DNA of 64,000 nucleotides from an uncultured Desulfobacterium sp. (GTDB lineage: Bacteria; Desulfobacterota; Desulfobacteria; Desulfobacterales; Desulfobacteraceae), in contig CAXXVR010000009.1 of NCBI GenBank assembly GCA_963675955.2, positions 930,441-994,440 on the forward strand, given 5' to 3'. A program made the translations under genes and the position numbers. The notes under the pieces were generated by a model that was given only the letters and a program-made list of their open reading frames with translations, ran no database searches and was not told the DNA's origin. Below are positions 50,571 through 64,000 of this stretch, in pieces (the stretch's first letter is position 1; each line of letters starts with the position of its first letter).

Positions 50571-52115
50571 ATGTTACGCAAAAAAGCAGAATTGGAGCGA
50601 GGCGAAAAAGGCGAAATATTAATGACTCCACACAATCTTCGTTTGTTTTGTATCGAAGATGAGCTCTATGAATATCCGGACCTAAATTCCAAAATTTATT
50701 TGCATTACAAGGGTTTTACAAAGATCTAAAATCTTGATGCTTATACAAATTTAGTTTCATTATGGCTAGAAAACAACTGTATAAAAAAAATTGAAGGATT
50801 GGAGAAATTAACTAAGCTTCGGACTTTGTTCCTATAGAATAATTTAATTGAAAATATTGAAGGATTGCAACCAGTGAAAGGATTAAAAATTTTAAATTTA
50901 GCCCATAATAGAATATCGGCAATTGAAGGATTAGATGTTTTACCAGAATTGGAAAACTTCGATATTTCATACAATTTAATTAAGAATTGTGAAAATTTAC
51001 AAGGAATGAAAGATTGTTAATCAATAACAAATATTTCATTGATTGGGAATTAAATAGAAGGGGCAGATGATATAATTGAATTATTTGTGAAAATGACAAA
51101 TATTGCTTGCATTTATTTAAAAGGAAATCCTTGTATTTCCAACATTAGAAATTATAGGAAAATATTTATTTGTAGTTTGCCTGAATTGAAATATTTGGAT
51201 GGTATTTTTATTTTTTAATACAATTGTTTAGATAGACCTGTGTTTTAGGAAGAAAACAGATTATGCAAGGCTTGGGCGTAAGGTGGAATGGAGGCAGAAG
51301 TATAAGAAAGATAGAAAATTGCTTAAGAAAAAAGAGATTGAAATAAGAAATATGCTTAGGATTTAATTAAAAAAAGAAATGAAGTTTAAGAGTTTATTTT
51401 TAGTATTTTTGTAATATATCAAAGGAAAAAATAATAAATGATAGAAGAAGCTAAGCGTTAATCTGAAGCTCAGCAATAATCCATCAAAGTTGAACTTGAA
51501 AATTTACAAGAAATAGATTAAGACTCTTCAATAAAAAAAGAAATATTGCAATAAGATCTTAAACAAGAAGAATAAAAATTAAATGAAAAAGAAAAAGAAA
51601 TTTCAAACTAATTGCACCCACTTACTGATCCCTATCAATCATATAATTTTACAAGAGAAATTGATGGAAAAATTGTTGTTTATAATAAGACAGAAGAACA
51701 AGCTGAAATAATAAGAAAAAAAATTGAAGAAAGTGATAAAATTAGAAATGAAATATTAGAAGAACAAAAGAATTTGCAGAAAAATATTGGAAATGAAGAA
51801 GAGGAATAATTTGAAAACAAATAATAAGAAGAAACTTAAGAAAATCAAAGTAATGAATAATCGAAATATCTTTCATTAAATATTGAAGAATTATTAGAAG
51901 CATTACTTGAACAATATTCATTTAATTTTGAATAAGTGACAGAAGAAATTAATAAAATAATAGTAGATATGAATAGCAAATAGAAAACTGATTTTAAATA
52001 ATTAAAATAAGAAGAAGTTCAAGAAATCTGGACAAAATAAGAATTATTAATTCGAGAAAGATTCAAAGAAAATTAAAAGAAATAAAAAATAACAAATTTG
52101 GAAGAAATTGATTGA
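50571..52115 (+). CDS. DNAAF1: Dynein axonemal assembly factor 1-like LRR protein
   Basis: [49 protein letters not shown]22-type LRRs and the LRRcap [17 protein letters not shown]|DRPVF. Ends NLEEID-TGA. Confidence 0.85.
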
Positions 52116-52467
52116 GTTTTGTATATTTATTTATGTAAAGCTCTTTAAGTCTTTTTTGGTTTTATAAATTAAAAATTATAATTTTCTAATAATGTATTTT
52201 TCAAATTTTTATTATAAATTTTAGAATGAAGGAAATTAATTTTCTACAAAATTATAGTAAATTAACGAGAAATCGATTAACTGATTGTTTACTATTAAAC
52301 TATTTTGGACTAAATTAATTTTCCAAGCTAAACATAAATAAAAAACCAATATTGATTATAAAAATAAGTTTAATTAATTGATTTCATGAATTGTTATTAA
52401 AAAAAATGGAATATTTTATTAACAAGCAAAGAATTGCACAAATAAAAAATATGGTTATCTAAATTAC

Positions 52468-53818
52468 TCATATTAAAGGTTACAGATTCACAGCTTTTCT
52501 TCTCACAGATGCCTTTCCTCGATACAAGCAAATATTAAATGATAATTTAATAATTCTGCCATCCCGAAATGAAGTCAAAAATTCTTTTGTGAGCAAGTAA
52601 TGTGTCACATCTTGGAAATGAAAAAAAATCTCTTTATTTTCGTTGTCTATTACAATAAACCCGTATAATTTTATTGGGTCAAAATATTTCAAGAAACCAG
52701 TATAACGCTTCTGAGAAATTTCTAATATAAATGGATTATGGGTTGTCTGCACTATGATTTAACTTTAATTATCTATTGGAAGAGTTGGGGTAATTGGAGT
52801 TAACGGACTATCCATACAAAATGGAGGTTATTTTTATAAAAATTGTTAGTTTTATTGATAATATTAAGCCTATTGAATGGATTGCATGATGGATTTTGTC
52901 TCAATTTATTTTTCCGATAAATATAAATCTTTAAACTGCTTGCAAGATAATGGCACTAACTGAGGCTCATTTACTTATTATTTGTCTTATAATTCTGATA
53001 AATCAATTTTTTTGAAAGGTAATTCATTTTAATTAATTGTTTTTTAATTGATAAACAACGATTGGCTTTATTAAGAATCTTATTAAAATGAATTAAATTA
53101 TTAGGAATTCGGATTGAGTTTTTTTTTACAAAGTCTCAATTTCGCAGATTTAATATTATTTTCGGCTTACATCTCATTCTCACTTTCTTCTAAATCTAAA
53201 GACATAATCTACTTTCGCACAGCTTCTTCTCCATCGTCACTCAAATTTTTATCACATTTTGATTCTAGATGCGCTATAGCAAAAGGGAAAGTTAATTTTG
53301 GTTGTCCAGTGCGTCGGTACTGTTCCTCTGGCCACTAAATTTAAATTTTTTCTTATTTCAAGGTTTCTTGTCTTTCCTTTTCTTCTTCATGACATAAGAG
53401 TGAACGCCATTCATTTTGGAATGAAGCTCCAAATAATTTTGATGCAGAATAACTATTTTAATTTAGTTGAGAGAAACTAACAGCAGAAGACTAATTTTTA
53501 TTATCTCCAAATTCAATTTTTCTTGTTTTGCAGAAAGTGTTTGTCTGTTCATTAGATGATTCTAATATATTTTATGATGAATGCAAAGATTTCTGTGGAA
53601 AAAAATGTTATAAACCTTCGCCTGATTGATTGAATTCTTCAATTATTTCATCTTGAAAATTTGATAGGATTGTCGGAAAATCTGTGGTTGATGAACTTTT
53701 AGGTGAGTTAGAAAAGGATTTATCTTATGAAATGTCCTTAAATAAATAACTTTTTGTCAAGGTAAATATATACTTTTTCAAATTTTTTTGGTGCTTGCCT
53801 TTTTTCATTAATATCCAT
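52468..53818 (-). CDS. Cold-shock-domain (OB-fold) protein, copy 2
   Basis: YTGFLKYFDPIKLYGFIVIDNENKEIFFHFQDV...KAVNLQPLI-TGA; paralog of 48959-50213. Confidence 0.78.
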
Positions 53819-54259
53819 TTGATTAATTTGGTACTGATTGTATAATAAATTAATAAAAAAATTATATAAATTTTTTAAAAATTAATTAATTTATCTTTAA
53901 TATTAAAACTCTTAAAATTGTAATTAGCAAGATTTTATTTGGATAATTTCCTACTGATTATTTTACAATATTTTATTAAAATAATTATTAACTATTAAAT
54001 AAACCTATTGATCCAAATGATGTAATTATCTAAATGAAAAGTATAAGTTGTTATTGATTATTCAATAAAAATAATAAATTTATTGATAAATAATTTAATT
54101 GGAAATAAATTAATTGAATATATATAAATATTGCTTAAATTTAGCTTAGGAATTTAAAAATTTCGCATAATTTATAAAAATACAAATTTTTGAAGCTTAA
54201 ATTAAATTTAAAATTTTTTTACTTTAAATTAAAAATTAGTCAAAAAGTTCAAACATTTA

Positions 54260-57200
54260 ATGCTACAGGAGTGCAGAAAAGGCGAAAATTAAGAGGAAAG
54301 AGAATGGTATGAAGAACTGAGTGAGACGAATCGTAAATTTAAATATTTGATTTAATTAAATTAGTTCAAAATATTTATACAAAATAATAACAATAAAACC
54401 ATAAATGTCAGGTAAAAATGCTTTAAACGATTAATTAAATAATTGTATAAAGAAAGGCAGTGAGGATCCAAAATGCAATATAATAAATAATGAAAAAAAA
54501 AATTAAAAAAGTAATGACTCAACAATTTCGAATAATATTTTTATTGAGAATAATTCTGGATGTGAAGGACACAACCGGCCAACAAAGGAACAAGACTCTA
54601 AGGATAATGATTTAGAAATAATTCCTAGTGGTTCATCAGAAGAGATTCAATCTAAAAAATTGAAAAAAAACGATATGTTTAATGTGGTTTTGGTAATTGA
54701 TGAAGAAAATAATAATAGTAATGAATGGAAAAATAAGTTAAGGAATAATCGAAAGATAAAATACAAAGAAATTTAAGAATTAAAAGAGAATCTTGTGAAA
54801 GAATAAAAAAAGCATGAAGATCATGCAAAATTCGTTGATAAAAATTTTTTTGGAATGGAGAAATAAATAAAGAAATCGTAATTCACTTTTGCATAGAAAA
54901 AAGTTACAGAGGCTAGATAATTAATTTTAAATTCAAAAAAGAACAAAAAAAATGTCACTTTCTTTTCTAGTAAAGATGTTAATAAAAAATATAATAGCGA
55001 GAAATTTATAGAAAAATATTTTAAAATATTTAGTGTAAATTGTTACTTTGTTTTGAATATTTCAAAAAGGATGAATCATAGCAAGCATGTGAAATTTGCC
55101 TCTCAAGTATATCTGATGAACAGAATTTAATTCTTCAATGTCATTCCTGCAAATTAAAAGTTCATTAAAATTGCTATGGGAGTGATATTTTGTTTAATCC
55201 AGATGGAGCTGAAGAAAATCCTTGGGAGAACTCAGGTAAACACTCATTCTTAAATAATTGATTCAGATTAAAATTGATATTGTTAACGATGCAAATATTG
55301 TATATAGTTTGGATGTTAAATTGAAGAGACTAAATGCTATTTATGTCCAGATTTGAAAGGACCGATCAAACGTATAAAAATCTAAAACTAGTGTTATATT
55401 TGGGCACACGTCTAATGTATAAATTGAAATCCTTTTATTTTTTTTGATTGTGATCCTGAGGTATCAAATAATTCTGCTGAGGATTAATTAGAAAATTAAT
55501 TATTGTTATTTATTTTTATTAGAAATAATAATTCTTGTAGACGAGAATATGCTAAAATTACTGAAAATTAAGAAAACTATTTTTTTTAATCATTTGGACT
55601 TAAATGCGGTTTTTGCAAACTTTAGTATGGGTCATGCATTCAATGCAATGCTCTAGAATTCGGAAAAAAATGCTTTTATTCTTTTCATGTGAAATGTGGG
55701 CAAATAAATGTTCATTTTATTTTGATATATCATGCTTTTAATAAGGGTTTAATCTAGGATGAAGATAATGAAATGATGATGATGAATGCTATTTATGATA
55801 AAGGAGGAAATAAGTTAATTTTTGTCATTTTAATCATAATTAGAGAATAATTATTAAAATGTTTTTATCACTTGCAATAACAAAGCACAGATTTTTACAT
55901 TGAAGCCAAATAAATTCAAAGAAACTTCTTAGAAAATTATAATTCAAGGTCAATAATTTATTAATGTTAAGTTAATTGAAGAGTGTATTTTCTTGAAATT
56001 GAAAAGGATAAATAATCAAATGATACACGTGCAAATAGTGAACGAGTATTAACTTACTGGCCAGATGAAATTCTTTATAGTTCCAAGAGTGAGGCTAAAG
56101 AAATATTGTAATTTACTACAAATACTGATAGCAGACTTAAACGTTTAAAAAAATTGCAGCAAGCAGAAAAATCATCGAAAAGTTCTAAAGTTAATAATAA
56201 AATTAAGAAAAAGAAGAAAATGGATGAGGATTCAAAAGATTCTAAAGATCCTGATAGTTACTCAAATTGAAAGATTAGTAGTGATTGTAGTGAGTTTGTC
56301 AAGCCAATATAAACAGAAAAAGTGAAAAGCTTAATTAATTCAGGAAATGAGAGAAATGGGAAATAAAATAAAATAATTGAAAGCACAAAAGTAATTGAGG
56401 AAATTGGGAAGAGTTAGATTATAGAAGAAAGTTAAGATGATATTGAATTAAGAAATTTTTTGACAAGTATCAATTATAAGAAATCTACAATGCAATAGAA
56501 AGTAAAATAAAAGAAATCAGATAAATAGGAAAGTTTATTGAAAAAATAATAAGTTGGTTTAAAAAAAGTAATTTTACAAGAATAAAAATAAAAGAATTAA
56601 CTTTAAGCAGAAGCGTATAACTAAAGATTACTCTCAACACCACCTAATCATCTATCAGAAAAAGAGAGATTAGATCTTATGAAATTATTAATGGAACAAA
56701 CCTAAAATAAAGAACTTGCAAGTAAGCCAATTGAAAAGTAAGTTGCGATTAAAAGATAAATTTAAATTTCAAAAAAAGATAGAAAAGAATAATTTGAAAA
56801 GTAATTATCTTGAATGAATACTTATGCTTATAAAAACAATTCAAATAATTCTGAAGGAAATAAAAACTCGATTACTAAATTCAAAGAGCGACATACGGAT
56901 ACAACAGATAAACATAAAAAGAGACAAACAAGTCCTAGTAGGGAAATATCCTAACCTTTACAGGAAAGTTTTACTGATTATTAAATAAAGAAAAAAATTA
57001 AAAGAAAATCAGATAGAAAGCTCTAAAAATATCAAAAAATTTAGAATATTGATATTTTATCGGCTGATAGCAGTGAATAAATAAAATAAAATGTGCCGAT
57101 GGATATTAATTAAAATCAAGAAGAATAAAATGCTAACAAACTTATTAGAATAAACAAGGCAATCTCTATAAAAAATTAACATAAAAAAAACAGCGAACAC

Positions 57201-57362
57201 ATATTTATAGATGAATAAGAAGAGTAATTTTTAATATTATTTAATTATTATTAGAGAAGCTACTTTTAATGTAGCCACACAATTACTAAATCAAATAAAA
57301 AATTTCAAGCACAAAACAATAAAACAAACAAATACAATTAAAATGAAATAATCATTAGTTGA
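54260..57362 (+). CDS. PHD finger + extended PHD (PZP; BRPF/JADE/AF10-like) chromatin protein
   Basis: CEIC..DEQNLILQCHSCKLKVHQNCYG, (W)YCQRC, CYLCPDLKGPIK, WAHVQCIN(W)NP and CGFCKLQYGSCIQC..FHVKC, followed by a long low-complexity tail. Ends are approximate. Confidence 0.8.
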
Positions 57363-57538
57363 TTAACTTACTTTGATTAGTACAGAATTTACTGTATCAA
57401 TAAACAGTTTTAATTAATTGTTTGCGAGACATATAAAATAGTGATCTACCAGATTTACATATTGATTATCTAAACAATTCTTATATAATTATCTTATTTG
57501 AAATATGTAATAAACTTTTTAAAATTAAATATAATTTA

Positions 57539-58467
57539 ATGAAATCTCAAATTAAAAAGCAATAAAAAATCAAAGAAAATGTGAAAGAGCTTCTCAATGC
57601 AGATATTCCAAACCTTGAAACAACAGAAATAATTCTTGGTATTGACGAAGCAGGCAGAGGTCCAGTGCTTGGGCCAATGGTCTATGGCATCTGTGCATGG
57701 CCTTTATCATTGAACTAAAAGCTCTCAGAATTAGGTTTTATGGACTCTAAAGTGTTAGATAAAGAATAACGTGAGTTTTTATTTAAATAAATAAAGGATC
57801 TGGATAACTATTGTTTAAAATGAGCTATAGAAGTGGTGACCGCTGAATAAATTTCAACAGAAATGTTGGCGGAAAGGAAAGTAAGCTTAAATGAATTATC
57901 ATTTCAATGTGCATTTAAATTAATTTATAAAGCACTGTTAAAGTGAAAGTTAAATGTAGTAGAAGTATTTGTTGATACAGTTGGCCCTGTACTTGCTTAT
58001 TAAGCAAAGTTTAATAAATAAAGTTGTTATGAATAAATAGGTTGGAGAATGAATTTTAAGAATGGCCGAAAATAAAATTTACTCCTTCAGAAAAAGCTGA
58101 TGCAAAGTTTCCAGTAGTAAGTGCTGCAAGTATATGTGCAAAAGTCAATAGAGATGAATTGTTAAATAGTTGGAGATGCAAAGAATAAATTAAAATAGCT
58201 ACTAATTATGGTAGTGGATATCCAGGAGATGAAACTACTAAATCATGGTTACGAAATCATTAAGATAAAGTATTTGGATTTCCAGATCTTGTGAGAATAT
58301 CTTGAAAGACTGTTGACAATTTATTGGAATAAGAAGGAGTAAAGTTTGATTTTCATGAGAAATAATAACAGAAGGGACAATCGTCGTTAGATAAAATGTG
58401 GAAATAAAAAAAGGAATATAGAGTTTTTTAAAATTAGTTGAATTTAAGCGATTAATTTCATTTATGA
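57539..58467 (+). CDS. RNASEH2A: Ribonuclease H2 catalytic subunit A
   Basis: [55 protein letters not shown] and [11 protein letters not shown](W)KT. TGA at 58465-58467. Confidence 0.93.
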
Positions 58468-58525
58468 TAAAAACAATTTATGTTTATTCATTGTGTTTTA
58501 TAATTTTAAAAATTTTAATTTAAAA

Positions 58526-60251
58526 ATGGATTAATAATAATAAGATCAAGAATAAACAAATAATGAAAAAGAAATAAAGGAATCAGGAGTTAAAACTGTT
58601 GTTGAATCAAAATAGCAAATGAAAGAAAAAGAAGAAGAATAAATTGATTAATAATAAATAGAATAACAACAACAACAATCAGTTGAGTTAAATGATGTTG
58701 AAACCTAATAAACTGAGTTAAAAGAGCTTCCAAAACAAGATTAAGAAGAAGAAAAAAATAGTGAAAGCGAATAAAAAATCGAGCAAATTCCACATGATGA
58801 TGAGAAATAAGATGATTTTAAACACGAATCCGGCCAGAAATAAGAAAACATAATAAATTCGGAAGAAAAAAAAGAATAGTAAACTGAATAAGAAAAAACT
58901 ATTACAGGAGAAGCAACAATTGGTGAAAGTGAAACAAAAATCTAGCAAATTGGACATAATGATGAGAAATAAGACGATTGTAAAGAGGAATCCCCCAACC
59001 CCAAATAAGAAAAAACAATAAATTCTGAAGAAACAAAAGAATAGGAAACTTAATAAGAAAAGCCTATTACCTAAGAAAATATAATGTAAATTGCAATATC
59101 TGAACGAAAAAAAGATGCCTGAAACTTATTAAAGGAATGGGATAAACAACGAGTAGGCTTTCTCACTCTTCATTTGTAGATTATCTCTTTTTGTATATGT
59201 TTTTTAAAGAAAACTAGTTGAAAATTTGTTCAAATACTTAGATGAATATAGTTAAGCAAGCTAATAGATCATTTCCACTCTTCTTGAATATTTTAAAGGC
59301 AGAAGTTAGCAAGAAATTGCTTATAAATAACAAAATGTAGAATTATCAATAAATTTTGATAGTTTGAATTAATAATAAGATTTTTTTAAGGGGTTGCAGA
59401 AAGTGAATGAATAGTAAAAAGAAAAGGCTGAATAATGTGGAAAATTTGGTGAATTGTTATAATAAAAGGCAGTGAGTGTTCTTATTTAGGAGCTTTAGAT
59501 AATGTCGTAGACATTATCAGTCCAACGAGGAAAAATTATTCATTCTAAGCAATAATTAAATACATATTTCCATAAATTATCAGCTAAAGAAATCTAATTA
59601 TTAAATTATTAAAAAAGTCCATAACTCGATTTATTCATTCATGTAGCCAAATGGCTTAAAGCTACAGAAAAGGTTAAAGAACAATAACGAATTTTAGCCA
59701 AAGATATTTGCAAATTTTAAATAATAATTGAAGAAATGAAAAAGCGGAGAGAAACTATGTTAAATTAAATAATTGAAGATGTGTTCAACAATAAAGTTGA
59801 AAAATAATAACCAACAGGAATAATTCTCAATGAAGTGTTCAATGAAGAATAATTAGTATTTGTAAAGGGATGGATAGGCAAAGAGGTCCAATGGCAAGAA
59901 TTAAATGTGTTTTTTGAAGAATTTTCAATAAAAGAGGTAGGAATTGAACAATATTTGCTTTTAAAAAAAATCAAAGTTATTGGAAAAGAATATTAATTTG
60001 TCGTGGTAACAGTTGATGGCTCTATTTTGTGTATATTGCCTTCAAATAAATTAAAAGTTCTTGCGCATGTTACACTGGCGAAAGCAATTAGAAAATAATC
60101 AATAGTAGAGATTGATATTTTATAGGAAGGCTTTTTCTGGAATAAAGTAGAGAAATTGTCATTTACTTTAGAAAATTTGGATACAGCTGAGGAGTTTATT
60201 GAAGTTATTGAGCATGCGAAACATTTGTTAGTTTAAAATGCAAAGAATTGA
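58526..60251 (+). CDS. Hypothetical protein: acidic repeat N-terminus, helical coiled-coil middle, possible PH-like C-terminal domain
   Basis: Continuous frame under TAR=Gln. E/Q-rich repeats lead into a helical region and then a beta-rich segment ending ...AEEFIEVIEHAKHLLVQNAKN-TGA. Confidence 0.55.
58763..59071 (+). repeat. Two diverged ~162-nt tandem coding repeats
   Basis: gaaag(c/t)gaa..aaaatc.agcaaatt..acat.atgatgagaaataaga...ctattac occurs at about 58763 and about 58925. Confidence 0.75.
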
Positions 60252-60372
60252 AAACCGTTTTTAATGAGTTTGTATTTTCAGAAACTGTTTAAATAAATAA
60301 GTTAATATTTATAATAATTGAATTTTATTTCAAAATATTATTGTTAAAAATTAAAATTATTTGAGTTTCAAA

Positions 60373-63492
<3,120 letters not shown>

Positions 63493-63574
63493 GTTGATAT
63501 AATTAAATATTATAATTTGTATATATTTATCTATAATGTAAAATTTATTAATTTTTACTTTACAAGAATATTCA

Positions 63575-64000
63575 TCAACCTAAAAAATCATTTCTTAAAT
63601 GAATTTATTTTGTCAAATGAATTTATAAACTTTGCGGCATTTTTTTTCTTAAATGAGCCTAAATTCGATTAGATTCTTTTATTCTTTTATCAGCTTCTCT
63701 ATCACTGGTATCAAATTATTTTAAAACATTTTAATAATTTCCAGCAATTTCTATTGCATGTGAACCTTTAAATGATTCTTAATACTTTTTAGAACTCTCT
63801 ATTCAGGATAGTTCATTTTATTTATTCTTAATTAAAAAATTATCTGCATTTCATTACCGCAAATATTTTAATCGATGAAGATTTGATATGGCATTTTTTA
63901 TCCTTGACTTTGATTCAATAAAAGATGTTTCTTAATTTATCGTAGTAAGTTAATTCGAATTCTCCTTCCTTTAATCTTAAACTGTGTTATATTGTTATTT
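63575..64000 (-). CDS. 3' part of a hypothetical gene extending beyond the window
   Basis: Coding-like composition on the minus strand; the exact stop is uncertain. Confidence 0.35.

Noticed and set aside
53820-54259. Longest intergenic stretch as a hidden gene or RNA
   Set aside because: Very AT-rich divergent promoter region with no recognisable coding signal, tRNA fold or repeat.

Overview
AT-rich, gene-dense eukaryotic DNA with the hallmarks of a ciliate somatic (macronuclear) genome. It holds about 31 protein-coding genes on both strands, tiny ~28-41 nt introns and intergenic gaps often under 130 nt. The supplied ORF track is fragmented because the standard code does not apply. TAA and TAG read as Gln. 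TGA reads as Trp inside genes: it sits at invariant Trp positions of DHHC, kinase, PHD, PTEN-like, ankyrin and RNase H2 motifs and swaps with TGG between paralogs. Yet TGA is also the terminal codon of every gene whose end I could fix. The main system is therefore a genetic code with no dedicated stop codon and apparently position-dependent UGA termination; Trp codons close to gene ends are TGG. Genes recognised include a multi-domain adenylate kinase, HMG-box protein, alpha-carbonic-anhydrase-like protein, RING-H2 ligase, DHHC palmitoyltransferase, CFAP65, PTEN/tensin-like phosphatase, IMP1, ZZ-ZZ-VIT-vWA protein, PKG, a CDPK-like kinase, three OSCA/TMEM63-like paralogs, PP2A B56, two cold-shock-domain proteins, DNAAF1, a PHD/ePHD protein, RNase H2A and an ankyrin-AGC kinase. 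Everything was translated by eye, so boundaries of hypothetical genes are approximate.
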